A DNA stretch of 64,000 bases from Squalus acanthias (Eukaryota). Both the position numbers and the translations under genes were made by a program. This document shows positions 11,680-24,880 of this stretch, in pieces; position 1 is the stretch's first letter, and every line of letters begins with the position of its first letter. The stretch is taken from the NCBI GenBank assembly GCA_030390025.1, contig CM059432.1, positions 63,862,001 to 63,926,000 of the forward strand. The letters are read 5' to 3'. The notes beneath the pieces were generated by a model that had not been told where the DNA came from, made no database searches, and saw only the letters and a list, made by a program, of their open reading frames with translations.

Positions 11680-12854
11680 CCCCCCCCAATTTTTGCATCC
11701 AGGTCCACTCACATCAAAAGCAAGCCAGGCAGGTCCTCTATCACCAACAGTCTCTGAGACTAGGCAGTCAGCAATGATGACATCATCAGAGGCGACTTTC
11801 AGACTAAAAACACTAATTAGTTCATGGGTTCCCACATGCTCCAACTCAATTGCCCAATTAAGTGAAAATTGCATCAGGCATCCACATTAATCTGGAGTCG
11901 GGGGGGAAACACAAATTGCAGATTACACGACCCCAAAACAAAATCCAGCCCAAAAAGTCTGCAAAGGGATATAGATAGGTTAAGTGAGTGGGCAAAAATT
12001 TGGCAGATGGAGTACAATGTGGGAAAATGTGAGGTTATCCACTTTGGAAGGAAGAATGAAAAAGCAAATTATTATTTAAATGGAGTGAGACTACAAAATG
12101 CTGCAGTACAAAGGGATCTGGGGGTCCTAGTACATGAAACACAAAAACTTAGCATGCAGGTACAGCAAGTAATTAGGAAGGCTAATGGAATGTTGGCCTT
12201 TATTGCAAGGGGTATGGAGTATAAAAGTAGGGAAGTTTTGATGCAACTTTACAGGGCCCTGGTGAGACTGCACCTGGAGTACTGCGTACAGTTGTGCTCT
12301 CCATATTTTAAGGAAGGATATACTTGCATTGGAGGCAGTACAGAGAAGGTTCACTAGGTTGATTCCTGGGATGAAGGGGTTGACGTATGACGAAAGGTTG
12401 AGCAGGTTGGGTCGATACTCATTGGAGTTTAGAAGAATGAGAGGTGATCTTATTGAAACATATAAGATTCTGAGGGGGATTGACAGGGTGGATGCTGAGG
12501 GGATGGTTCCCCTAGTGGGGGTATCTAGAACTAGGGGGCATAGTTTCAGAATAAGGGGTCGCCCATTTAAGACGGAGATGAGAAGGAATTTCTTCTCTCA
12601 GAGGGTCGTGAATCTTTGGAATTCTCTACCCCAGAGAGCTGTGGAGGCGGAGTCACTGAATATATTCAAGGCGGAGATTGACAGACATTTGAACTACAAG
12701 GGAGTCAAGGGGTATGGGGAGAGAGCGGGAAAGTGGTGTTGAGGACAAGATTGGCTCAGCCATGATCTTACTGAATGGCGGAGCAGGCTCGAGGGGCTGA
12801 TTGGCCTACTCCTGCTCCTGTTTCTTATGTTCTTATGTTCTTCTTATGTTCTTA
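10629..12854 (+). mobile_element. 5'-truncated CR1 LINE (RT domain and 3' UTR), split by a MITE
   Basis: [38 protein letters not shown]. One frameshift near 12310. (TTCTTATG)n tail. Confidence 0.95.
11163..11951. mobile_element. Harbinger-type MITE, copy 1 of a young family
   Basis: Perfect 13-bp TIR GGGCTGGATTTTG / CAAAATCCAGCCC, TSD AAA. The CR1 frame resumes across it. Near-identical copy at 23098-23911. Confidence 0.92.
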
Positions 12855-14389
12855 AGTGCCTGAGGTGGAAATATATATATAAATTTAAAATGCTTTTTGA
12901 GAGTCAGAATATATAATACCCACCACATTATCATTATCACCAAATACATTACATTCTCAGAGTTCCAATAAATTTGATAGGCATAAATCTGTGTTGAGTT
13001 AGAATTATTTCCTTTGTTCTCATTAGCTGCACTTGAATTATTGCTTTTATAATAGACTACAATGTTTACCGCATTATAGATGCCAAGCTTAGAGGCCTAT
13101 AATTCCCATGATAATGCTTCTGATCTTTTATTTTAAAATTGAAACAATATTAGCAATTCTGCAATCCTCAGGCCTATCTTGAATCCAAAGAGCTATAAAG
13201 TAAACATTCTGCCACCTTTGCTTCTATCATATTTTCTGAAGTACTCTTGCAAACAGATTGAAAAAGACATGTGAAAAAGAGCAAATATTATAAAAGACAT
13301 ATATAAATAGGACAACATGGTAGATAATCTGGCAAAATTACATGTTAATGTAAAGTGACTTCTTGTAAATAGCCTGAATATAAAGCTTTCCAATCTATTG
13401 TTGTTAGTACAATATGTTAAACAATAGCTTAATGCTGGGTTTTGCTAGTTTTAACTACATATAATTTGAGTTATTGTTTCACTTTGGATTTGATATGTGT
13501 AGGTAACGTCAATTTTTTCCCAAGCACTCTGCTTCAGAGTAAAAACACTCAAAATCAGGGGTCACATAAATTTATTCTTCATCCATTCTCTTTGGTCATT
13601 ACATATACGTTTCAATAAATAATAATTTTACTAAATTTCTAGCTGCAGCTAAATAATGTTTTTCAAGAGATTACTTGACAGAAAGTGGGTTACAACAAAT
13701 ATTGTATCAGCTGCACATTTTTTATGGCTTTGCTGTGATTCTCCTGTTACCATGGAAATCATGGATAGCCAGAGAGGAAATATTTTGTCAATCTACATGA
13801 TCGCACAATGTTCCCTTCAATGCACACAACAGCATCTAAAATCAATATGAAAGCTACTGACTTTTTATTGTATTGGTTGTACTAAAAAAAAGCGAATGTT
13901 ACCTTCCAGGCCAGGCCTTCATCAATTTACTACTTGTGGAGCCTACTTTTAACTAAACTTCAAATATAGATGTATTCTGACTATACTGTGCTTTCCCTTT
14001 GGGATATAGATCAATACCATTCAGAATTTAGTCGATCATAGCTCAATGACGATGCTAAAATATTCAATGCTTGCAAAAATGAATTTAAGTAAGTTCAAAT
14101 TAAAACAGATTTGTTCATTCTTTGCTGATTACTTGAGTGGAAGTATTAGCCAGTTCTAATCATTATAATCTAAGGTCAATGAAACATTTCTCATTCTTTC
14201 AAATAAATAGTGAGCAGTTTTGAGGTAGAAAAGAAGAACTACATGCATTTATATAGCACCTCATCCTTCCGGCTCCACAGCACTCCTGAGGACCTCTGTC
14301 GGCCATGATCACTCCATCCGGTTCTCCTCCCCGTCCCCACACCCTCCCCTTTCCAGGCCTAGTAGTGAATTCTGCAACTGTGAGCTAAG

Positions 14390-15900
14390 CCATGTTTTAT
14401 ACAAATTAATGCTACCTTATATAAAACCAAGAATCTAGTTTGCCATGTTATGGACTTGTTTTACAGGAAGACATTAATAAACTTGCAGAATGGGAGTGTA
14501 ATTAGCAAATGACCTTCAATATAGATAGTGTGAGATAGTAAATTTTGGTAGGAAGAATAAGGAGGCCACATACTCCTTGGAAAATGAGGCCCTTGACTGG
14601 GGCAGGTTTTGTGAGTGGGGGGAAGGAGTTGTGCTCGGGAAACCCGGAAGTCTGGGTTTCCCCGCACACTCTGGAGTTTTAACTCCACAACGTGTGTTTT
14701 ATTTTCCCAGCAGGTTCCTCACCCGGAATCCAGCCTGATTGACAGGCTTGGCTTCCTGTTGGGCGGGGAATGCTCCAGAGGAGGCCGCAGCCCAGGAGCA
14801 GGTAGGAAGCCAGCTGCTGGGTTAGCAATAGTGTGGGGAGGTGGTTGCCGATCTGGGGGCTGGGGGATGATTGCGGGCAAGGAAGGAGTTAAGCTTGGTG
14901 GGCCTGGAGGAAGCACTCCAGCTCCTCTTGGCTCTCAAGCAGTGCTGTAAAGGCACTTACCTCTTCCACGCAGTTGTCCTCGCCTCCCTTTAGTTGCCAG
15001 GTTACCCGGCTGGCCACGGTTAAACCTGTAAGATGGTTAAATCTGAGGCATGCAGTCTTATTATAATATTTAAATGACCGACCTGCAGTTTGGGGGGTCG
15101 GGTTTAAGATTTACTTTTAATTTTCACATCTCACTGACCCAAACCCACCTGTTTTTGGGGATTAAAATTTCCCCCTAAGTATCTAAATGGGGTAGAGGAT
15201 CAAAGAGATCTGGGGCTCAAACTATACAGATCACTAAAAGTTGCGACACTGGTTAAAAGGCCATAAAAAAAAGTAAATCAAGCACTGGGGTTCATTGCTA
15301 GAGGGTTAGAATTGAAAAGCAGAGAAGCTATGTTAAACTTGTATCAAACCTTGGTTAGACCACACTTGGAGTACTGTGCCCAGTTCTGGTCTCCATATTA
15401 TAAACAAGATTTAGAGGCACTGGAGAAGGTGCAAAAAGATTTACTAGGATGATACCAGAATGATTATACCTATCAGGAAAGATTGAACAGGCTGGGGCTC
15501 TTTTCTCTAGAAAAGAGAAGACTGAGGGGTGACTTGATAGAGGTCTTCAAGATTATGAAATGGTTTGATAGGGTAGATATAGAGAAGATGTTTCCACTTG
15601 CAGGCGAGACTAAAACTAGGGACCATAAATATAAGATAGTCACTAATAAATCCCATAGGGACTTCAGAAGAAACTTCTTTACCCAGAGAGTGGTTAGAAT
15701 GTGGAATACGCTACACCAGAGAGTAGTTGAGGCAAATAGCATAGATGTATTTAAGGGGAAACTCTAAGCACATGAGGGAGAAAGGAATAGAAGGATATGT
15801 TGATGGGGTTAGATGAAGAAGGGTGGGAAGAAGCTTGTGAAGAGCATAAACACCTGTACGGACCGGTTGGGCCAAATGGCCTATTCTGTGCTGTAAATAC
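14390..15900 (+). mobile_element. Degraded CR1 3' fragment, split by a MITE
   Basis: LVRPHLEYCAQFWSP, LEKRRLRGDLIEVFKIM, RRNFFTQRVV. Confidence 0.85.
14588..15175. mobile_element. Harbinger-type MITE with dissimilar ends
   Basis: Interrupts the CR1 between TGA (14585-14587) and TAA (15176-15178). Ends GGCCCTTGA / AAAATTTCCCCC. Reverse-oriented relative of 22641-24493. Confidence 0.7.
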
Positions 15901-16992
15901 TTCATAATACCTGCAGTCCAAACTTTAAAGAAGTGTGTACCTGTGGATCCCTCTCCTCCTCCACGCTAAGAATCTTACCATTTAGGATATACTTCCTTTC
16001 ACTTGTTTTTCAACTCTCCCAGTTCATACTGGCACGCTTCTTCTTCAGCATGCTCAGTTCAAACTGGTACTTTTCTCCCTCTCCAACCCAGTTAAGCTGG
16101 TACTCTTTTTCCACTCCATCAGTTCAAGGTGCTTTACTCCCCCCTCTCATTTAAAGCGAACACTCTCCCTCCCCACTCCCTGTTGATATTGTCACCTTCC
16201 TACCTGTCCCACTCTAGTTCTCATCTCTTCCCCTGGCTTTTGTCCCCATCACACCCCGATTTTTTATTATCCATTTCCTCTTTCCCTCCATTGGGGTCCA
16301 TTTCCTTCTTCTTCATTACCATCCATTTCTCCTTCCTTCCCCCCATCATTATGGTCCATTTCCTCCTCTTCATTGCTATCCATTTCCCCCTTCCCTCTCC
16401 CCTTTCATTGACATTTAATCACTCCCCCACTTATGCAGTCCTGATCCGACCTTAGGCCAGCTGCTAATACACCCGTCCATCTCTCCTTTCAACCCCGCTT
16501 CCAGCACTACTGGCAGGACTTGCCCTCACTGTAATCTATAAGTGGGAGTGATCCAGCCTGTGCATTATTGTCAACAAGCTCTGACAGGCTGACCGAGCCC
16601 TCAAAATGCTGATAGTCAGCATTAAATGGTGATTAAGGGCACATAAGAACTATTTCCTCCTGCTGTCTTTCCCACAGTATAGCGTGTCCCCTCTTTTGGG
16701 ATCATTGGCAAACTTCAATGTCATTCCTCTTGTGTCTTTGTCCAAATAATTTTTGTAAGTGCAAAGCTAAAGAAGTCCCAGCACAGATCCCTGGGGCAAA
16801 CCACTACCGATATATACAGCATCCAGCACAGATCCCTGTGGCACACCACTACCGATATATACAGCATCCACTGCATTCCTTTCTTCTATACACTGCTATT
16901 TTCTTTAAAAAGTCAATTAAGTTAGTCAAGCACACCCACGCTGACTGTCTCTGATAAGCCCATCCCTTTCTAAGTGTTTGTTAATTTCATTT

Positions 16993-17590
16993 CAGAGGCT
17001 AGGTATTCTGCGGCGAGTGTCTCACCTCCTGACTCCCCAAAGCCTTTCCACCATCTACAAGGCACAAGTAAGGAGTGTGATGGAATACTCTCCACTTGCC
17101 TGGATGAGTGCAGCTCCAACAACACTCAAGAAGCTCAACACCATACAGGACAAAGCAGCCCGCTTGATTGGCACTCCAACCACCACCTTAAACATTCACT
17201 CCCTCCACCACCGGCGTACCGTGGCTGCAGTGTGCACTATCTACAAGATGCACTGCAGCAACTCGCCAAGGCTTCTTCGGCAGCACCTCCCAAACCCGCG
17301 ACCTCTTCCACCTAGAAGGACAAGGGCAGCAGGCGCATGGGAACACCACCACCTCCAAGTTCCCCTCTATGTCATCCTGACTTAGAAGTATATCACCGAT
17401 CCTTCATCGTCGCTGGGTCAAAATCCTGGAACTCCCTACCTAACAGCACTGTGGGAGTACCTTCACCACATGGACTGCAGCGGTTCAAGAAGGCGGCTCA
17501 CCACCATCTTCTCAAGGGCAATTAGGGATGGGCAAGAAATGCTGGCCTTGCCAGCGATGCCCACATCCCATAAACAAATTTTTTTTTTAA
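16993..17590 (+). mobile_element. LINE family B 3' fragment
   Basis: QRLGILRRVSHLLTPQSL ... HHHLLKGN*, matching the C-terminus of 27324..29030. Confidence 0.92.
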
Positions 17591-17814
17591 ATGAAGGTTT
17601 CCCGAGAGTCGATTTTGTTGGTTCACACTATCGGCAGGAGCCTTAAGCATCGATCGCCATGCTGGGAAATTGCAGCACACTCACCATTTCCCGATATGCC
17701 TGGATCTCTGGCAATAGTGTAAACTTGGAAAATTATCCCCAGAGGTTTATTCACAAATGAGCTAAGACTTGCTGCCCTATAATTTCCTAATTTTCGGCCC
17801 TCCATACCCTCCAA

Positions 17815-18195
17815 TCCATACAAAATTATTACAGGACTTGATAGGGTGGATGCTGGGAGAATGTTTCCCTTGGCTGGGGAGTCTAGAACCAGGGGCCACA
17901 GCCTCAGGATAAAGGGTAGGCCATTCAGGAGTGAGATGAGAAGCAATTTCTTCTCTCAGAGGGTGATGAATCTTTGGAATTCTCTACCCCAGAGGGCTGT
18001 GGAGGCTCAGTCATTGGGTATATTCAAAACAGAAGTTGATAGATTTCTGACTAGTAAGGGCATCAAGGGATATGGCGATAGGGTCGGTGAATGGAGTTGA
18101 GGCAGAAGATCAGCCATGATCTCATTGAATGGCGGAGCGGGCTCGAAGGGCCGAATGGCCTACTCCTGCTCCTATTTATGTTCTTAGGTTCTTAT
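17815..18195 (+). mobile_element. CR1 3' fragment
   Basis: ESRTRGHSLRIKG..MRSNFFSQRV, CR1 3' UTR and short-repeat tail. Confidence 0.9.
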
Positions 18196-19852
18196 ATTGA
18201 ATCCGTTCTTGACTTGCAACTTCAGATACAGGAAGAGCTTGATTGGTATTTTTTCATTGCTGTTTATGAATCTCCATTTCTTTCAGTCAACATATAGGAA
18301 TGTCATGTGCAACTGCATTTTCATTATTGAGTCCACTAAAAGTTTGATAAGCCCGCTTTTTGTTAAAAATTGAGACATGTCAGAACCATGATGTGGAGCT
18401 GTGTGTATTGGTGAGACAACCCATGATGGTTGTGTTGTCTAGAATGAAACTACAACAATGTAATGGACAACAGATAGCTATATAATTATCCAAAATATTG
18501 TAGAAAAAGTTCCTTCTTATGAACAAGTACTCCAGACTTACGTAGGTGAGGTGTGTCCCTATGAGGATAGATAGTGCACTCCATATCAGGCAAGTGGAAG
18601 CTCCATTAATGTGGATTTCTCAGTTTTTTGGCTGGAGACTGTTATGTGTGGTGACGGGTTTCCACACGTATCAGACAGTCAGATGACCAAAAATAATTAC
18701 AAACATGCCAACAGGTCACAAACTAGCCTGAATGGTGTCATCCAGACAGGATGCACTATGGAATGAAAATGAAATGTAATCCCTCTGGGTTAAAACAAAA
18801 CACCACTTACAAATTAGATCTCGCCACAATGTAGGGACATACATTTAGTACAATTGGCAGGGGATTACAATCAAGAATAATCAATTGTACTTTCAAACTA
18901 GAAAAAAAAAGATTTGGGGAATGTCCCCCTTAAAAATGAATGTAAATACTATGTGAGCGGGTGGTATGGGATAGTTTATTACATTTTAGAATGATAAAGA
19001 TCCAGGATTCAATAGAAAAGGGTTCAGTACCATTACATATTCCTACTCTTAATATTCCAATTAGTTCCTTTGTGACAAAATTGAACAATTTCCTACACTG
19101 CATATTCAAGCAGCACTGATTAATGTGTCGATGGCTCACGGATTGAAATAAATATATATTTGCATAAGAGAGTATACAAAGAGAATATGGTTTTAGGTCA
19201 AATTGTTCTTACGTAATTCTAAAGAAATGTTGGATATTGGGTAAGTGCTTACATAAGAAAGGGTGATATAAAAAGCAATGTGAAAAATTGCATTCAGATT
19301 TGCTGGTATATTATGTTTGTGAACAAACTGACTGTCAAACTGCTAGGTCATGTGTAGGAGTAAATATCAAGTTCCTGCCAGATGTAGAACAAATTGTTTA
19401 GAATTTGCCTTGGGTTGTATTGTGATACTTAATTCCAGCTCCAGAATCATCCTCCATAAAACGACTCAATTAAACAGCACAGCTAGAAAATCAAACTAGT
19501 AGAGAACAGCATTCAACTGAGATCATCCTGGAGATATCAAGGACTGGACTGGACAATTTTCAGTTCGAAACAAAGCATTTAACTATCGGGCTAATTTCCT
19601 CATTAGCCGGTGAGGAAGGATGCTCATAGGGAGCACCAGTCGGGAAATTGCGTGCCCGCACTGCTTGATTATCCATGCATTAACTTAAATGGATGGAAAA
19701 TCAGGGGCTGCCAAGCTGTGGTTTCCCAACTGGTGCCCCCTGAGAGCACCATTCCTTGCCAGGAGCATGGGATCAGGAAATCAGTGCGAAAATCTGCATA
19801 TTTAGCGATGAGGCAATTGTCAATATAATCATCACAGATGTAACAATGAGCC

Positions 19853-20120
19853 AACTTGCATTTATATAGCACCTTTAACATAGAAAAACATCCTAAGGGG
19901 CTTTGCAGAAACGCAATCAGATAAAAATTGACACTAAGCCAAAGAAGGAGATAGTAGGAGGGGCAACTAAAAGCTTGGTTAAAGAGTTGGTTTAAAGGGG
20001 GGTCTTAAAGGAGGAGAGGAAGCTGGAGAGGCGGAGTGGTTCAGGGAGGGATTTAGAGCTGAGACAGCTGAAGGCTAGGTCGCCAATGGTGGGGTGAAAG
20101 AGTCCAGAATTGGAGAACAC
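19853..20120 (-). mobile_element. L2 LINE 3' fragment
   Basis: Colinear with the 3' end of 36464-37722 (LSSFKT motif; ACTTGCATTTATATAGC end). Confidence 0.7.
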
Positions 20121-20448
20121 ACTACTGGAGTTAATGATTGAAGCAGAGACCATGTCCGCTTTCAAATCAAATTCAAATGAGACTCGATCATGAAAATGAT
20201 TTGAGCCTTTCTCTAGTGCCATCGGATGAGTAGTGCAATTGCTCCGACACTGTGTGCCTTGTGTGTGCTATAAATGAATATCGGCCCACTGTCTCTAAAG
20301 GCCAGGTACATTTTTTTGTCATCTGGGTGTTTGATACCATCATTAAGTGTCTCCAAATCAAACTACTGTGAAATCCACACAGGTAGAGTTTCTATCTTCC
20401 CAGTATGGAGTGTGCATTCTCTTCCTGTAGGGACTCACTCCACTCACA

Positions 20449-21922
20449 CATACGAAGATACGAGGATACGAACAATGACGGACAGGTAAAGACCCTCTGG
20501 TCCATCGAGCCTGTCCCACACAATTGTGATACCTTGTGTATCACAATATATACCCTCCACCCCACCCGAAACAGGTCCAGCTCTCGCTTGAAGGAATTCA
20601 CCGAATCAGCATCCACCGCATGAGGTGGCAGCCTGTTCCAGAGGGCCACTATTCTCTGGGAAAAGAGCCACCTCCTGACATCTAACCTAGATCTAGCCTT
20701 ATACAACTTAAATTAGCGACCCCTGGTCCTCCCTAACCTATTTAATTGAAACAAACTGTCAACTGGAACACAATCTATTCCCTTCATTATCTTATAAACC
20801 TCAATCAGATCACCTCTAAGTCTACGCTTCTCTAAAGTGTAGATTCCCAACTCTTTTAGCCTATCTTGATAACTGAAATGCTTTAAACTGGGAATTAGTC
20901 TAGTGGCCCTCCTCTGCACCCTTTCCAAAGCCTCAATATCACCCATGTGAGGAGACCAAAACTGGACACTGTATTCCAAATGAGGCCTGACTAAGGTCTT
21001 GTACAAGGACAAAATAGTATTACTCGTCTTATACTCAATCGTCTTATACTATAATCCTATAGATACATCCCAACACCCTATTTGCTCTAGTTATCGCTTC
21101 ACGGCATTGCCCATGTACCTTTAAAGACGTATGTACTGGAATTCCCAAATCTCTTTCTATCTCCACCATCTTTAATGCTTTTCCCTGAAGGATGTATGAA
21201 TGTTGAGCACTTGCCCTGCCCACATGCATAACACTGCACTTATCAAAGTTATACACAATTTGCCACTCCTGAGCCCAATCTCCCAACACATTAAGATCTG
21301 CCTGAAGCAGATGAGCATCGTCTACAGTCCTGACACTCGCACAGATCTTGGTATCATCTGCAAATCGTGCCCCAACACCTACATCCAGATCATTAATAAA
21401 AATAGTAAAAAGCAACGGTCCCAACACCGATTCTTGCGGGATAGCACTGGTGACTTGTCTCCAAACGGATCCAAATCCATCTATAACTACTTTTTGCCTA
21501 CGTCCTGCCAGCCAGTTCTCAATCCAGTTCAATATATTACCACTAATACCAGAGGATTCGATCTTAGAGAGAAGTCTCTAGTGTGGTACCTTATCAAAAG
21601 CTTTTTGGAAGTCTAAGTAAACAATATGTACTGGATTTCCCTCATCCAACAACTTTGCAACTTCTTCAAAATATACAATTAGATTTGTAAGACATGACCT
21701 CCTTTTTATGAAGCCATGTTGGGTGTCCCTGATATGTCCCCCTCTATCCAAGCATTCATATATTGCATCCCGAATGATTCCCTCAAGCATCTTACCTATT
21801 ACTGATGTTAAACTAATGGGCTTATAGTTACCCGGGTCTGTCTTGTCATCTTTTTTGAAGATGGGGACTACATTAGCCTCCTTCTAGTCTATAGGAACCA
21901 TTCCAGCGTGCAGTGAGCTATT
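20449..21922 (-). mobile_element. 5'-truncated CR1 LINE, distinct subfamily
   Basis: [31 protein letters not shown]. Several stops and frameshifts. (TCTTCGTA)n-like tail at ~20449-20473. Confidence 0.93.
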
Positions 21923-22640
21923 AGGGGCTCAAATTCAGAGAGCATAAATGTAGGTAAGGAAGAGCCAAGGCTTAGGAACTCTCAGCATCTTCAAGGGTAC
22001 TGCTGGAATTTAAGCAGTTAAAAGCAGATAGCCTACCAGCACAGATCAGCACTAAGTCTCCCACTGCTCTCCATCCAGAACCACCCTACAAATCGAGCAT
22101 TCTACTGCAGGGTTAATTGGAATTGAGGAGGTTTTTGTGTATAGCTAGTTACCCACCGTCCGCTTTTTGGAGTGGACATCAGCTTTTCCAGCCCATAGAC
22201 CCAGAAAACAACTGATTTAGGAATTGCTTAAATCCTCAGTGGCTCACTCTTGTTGCTGCTTTGATTTTGCTTCTAGCCACCCACACACAACACGAACCAC
22301 TATCAGAATTGCAGCACAGGCAGTGGCGTCTAGGAGCTTGTACATGCGGATACGAGAGCGGCAGACAGTAGTGGGATAGAGATATGACATGCTCGGTAAA
22401 CTTTGCATTATGCTGGATTGAACCGTGCCTTTCTCCGTGGCTCTGTGCTGGACAACTGGCGCAGCGCTGCAAATATATAGATGAATTTACCTCGCAAACT
22501 CGGCTTTTTAAAAAGTTCTGGATACAGTATAGTAACAAAATTTGATAAACCTATACTCATCACAGAGGCTAATAAAGCCATTGGTGATGCCTATGGCATA
22601 GCGAGATGGTACATTCCCTATATGTAGAAAACTTGACATT

Positions 22641-24493
22641 GGGGGGAGCTTTATCCCCCTAAAACGGGTGGCTTTGGGTCGGATGGGGTGTTAAAATGTT
22701 AAAAATCTCTAATCCGAACCCAACCCACTTCGAACCCTCCCACTTCCGGTTTTAATAGAGACGGGACAGGGATGGATGACTAACCTGCTCCCAGGAGGTG
22801 GGTTGCACATTTAATTATTTTAATGAGACTGTGTGCCCCAGATTTTACCCCCACTTTAAATTTAACTGTTGACAGCTGCGTTTCCCAGGCCTCGGTAATC
22901 CTGGCAGCTGAAGGGAGGCGAGGACAGCTGGATTCAGCACTTAAGTGCCTTTTCAGCCCTGCTTGTAGGCCAGAAGGAGCAGGAGTGCTTCTCCCCGACC
23001 CACCAAGCTAACCTGCTTCCCGCCCTGCGATCAGCTGTTCGCCCCCACCCTGTGATCAGGCCCCCCCGCAATCCGATCTGTCCCCTCGAGACACGTTGGG
23101 CTGGATTTTGAATGACCCATGGAGTCGGGTTTGGAGGCGTGTGGGGGGTTAAATTTGCGGGGTCGGGGTTTCCGACCCCATCCCGACTCCATCCCGCCTC
23201 CACGCAATTTTGACATAATCAGTCGCGGGGTTCCCAACTCTGTCCCGCCTTCAAGAGGCGGGAGAGGCCATTAAAGCCCTTAACAAGCCCTAAATTGGCT
23301 CTGTAATGCCATTTTGAAACGCTGTAGCTAGTTTAACCCTCTTCTGACGTGAAGCACGCCTGGTGTGAAACACTCCAGTGAAACCTGGCGGGAGCACAAG
23401 TGGATAGCTGACTATCGGCTGCAGGTCCACTATTACAACGGAGATGTGATGAAGGTAGTAGTAGTATTAGGTGTGAACGTCGCCTCTGATGCTGCTGCAT
23501 TGAATGTCTTCAGAGACTGCCTGGGAGGACTTGCTTGGCAAAAAAATTCGCTCTCTCCCTCTCTCCCTCTCCCTCTCCCTCTCTCCCTCGCCCTCTCCCT
23601 CTCCCTCTCTCTCTTTCTCTCTCTCTCTCCCTCTCCCTCTCTCTCCCATATCCAGGTCCACTCACATCAAAAGCCAGGCATTTCCTCTCTCACCAACAGT
23701 GTCTGAGACTAGGCAGGCACCAATGCTGACATCATCAGAGGCGACTTTCAGACTGAAAACACTAATTAGTTCATGGGTTCCCACATGCTCCAACTCAATT
23801 GCCCAATTAAGTGAAAATTGCATCAGGCATCCACATTAATCTGGAGTCGGGGGGGAAACACGAAATGCAGATTACACGACCCCAACCCGACCCCAAGACA
23901 AAATCCAGCCCGTTGTCTCCCTGAGCCACGATGTCACACTAACCCAATCTCCCCCCCCACCCACCCCTGGTCTGTTCAATCCCTCCCTCCCTCCTTCTTC
24001 TGCGCTCCCCGGCTGCGGTATCCGATCTCCCCCCAACCCTTCCAATCTCCCACGACCCTTCCGATCAACTCCCCTCCGATCCTTCCAATCCCCCCGACCC
24101 TTCCAATCTCCCCTCGCTCTTCCAATCCCCCCCTTACCCTTCCAAATCCCCCGGCTCTACCGATCTCCCCCCACCTGAGGCTTCCGAGCTCCCCCCGCCC
24201 CCTCCAGCCTCCGATGTCCCCTGACACCAGCCTCTGATCTCTCCCCTTCCCAGCATTTCCAATCCCTCCTTCTCTCCTTTCCGCAACCCGGCTGTGACCT
24301 GGTGCCGGATGCCTACCCACCTGACAGCCAGCCAGCCTGTCAATATGGCTGGCTGCGGCTAGGAAATGGAGACAATAAATGTTAATCAGGTCCTATTAAA
24401 TTCGGCAGGACCAGAGGGAAACCTGTTCTTCCAGGTTTCCCGAACACAAAAGGGCCCTCTCCCCCCGGCTTCCTCCCCGTAAATATCGGGGCC
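22641..24493. mobile_element. Harbinger-type MITE with dissimilar ends, hosting a nested MITE
   Basis: 3-bp TSD ATT (22638-22640, 24494-24496). Ends GGGGGGAGCTTTA / TAAATATCGGGGCC. C-rich low-complexity core. Confidence 0.72.
23098..23911. mobile_element. Harbinger-type MITE, copy 2 of the young family
   Basis: Perfect 13-bp TIR, TSD GTT (23095-23097, 23912-23914), near-identical to 11163-11951. Confidence 0.93.
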
Positions 24494-24880
24494 ATTGTCT
24501 CTGACAGTTTATTGTACTCTTGGCTTATTGGAGCTGCTTTCCTCAGCTTCACAGTGTTAGGGCAACGCTGTGAATGGGGCTGGAAAAGCTAATGTCTGCT
24601 CCAAAAGCGTTTGTCAACTATGCCCCTGATATTAACTGGGAGATGCGCTGGGAGCCGGGGATCCGATTTCGCATGGGAAAGTTCAACTCGTCTGTCTGTG
24701 GCTTTTTAACTTAGTCACCTCATTGCCATTTTACTTCCGGGTTCAATCAGTGGCAGCGGGAGTGATGAGGACCCGCATGATGCGATCTCAACTCCATTAT
24801 TTAAAGGGCCAATCCAAAGATGCAATTTGCAGGAGTTGGAATTGGAAGCAACAGAGGAATAAGTCCAGAATTGAATCAGG

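Noticed and set aside
11419..11890. Duplicated ORFs (also 23365-23839) as a gene pair
   Set aside because: Overlapping frames run through a microsatellite inside two copies of one MITE; no recognisable domain.
16777..16870. ~45-bp tandem duplication
   Set aside because: A local duplication within a decayed minus-strand LINE RT remnant ([13 protein letters not shown]).
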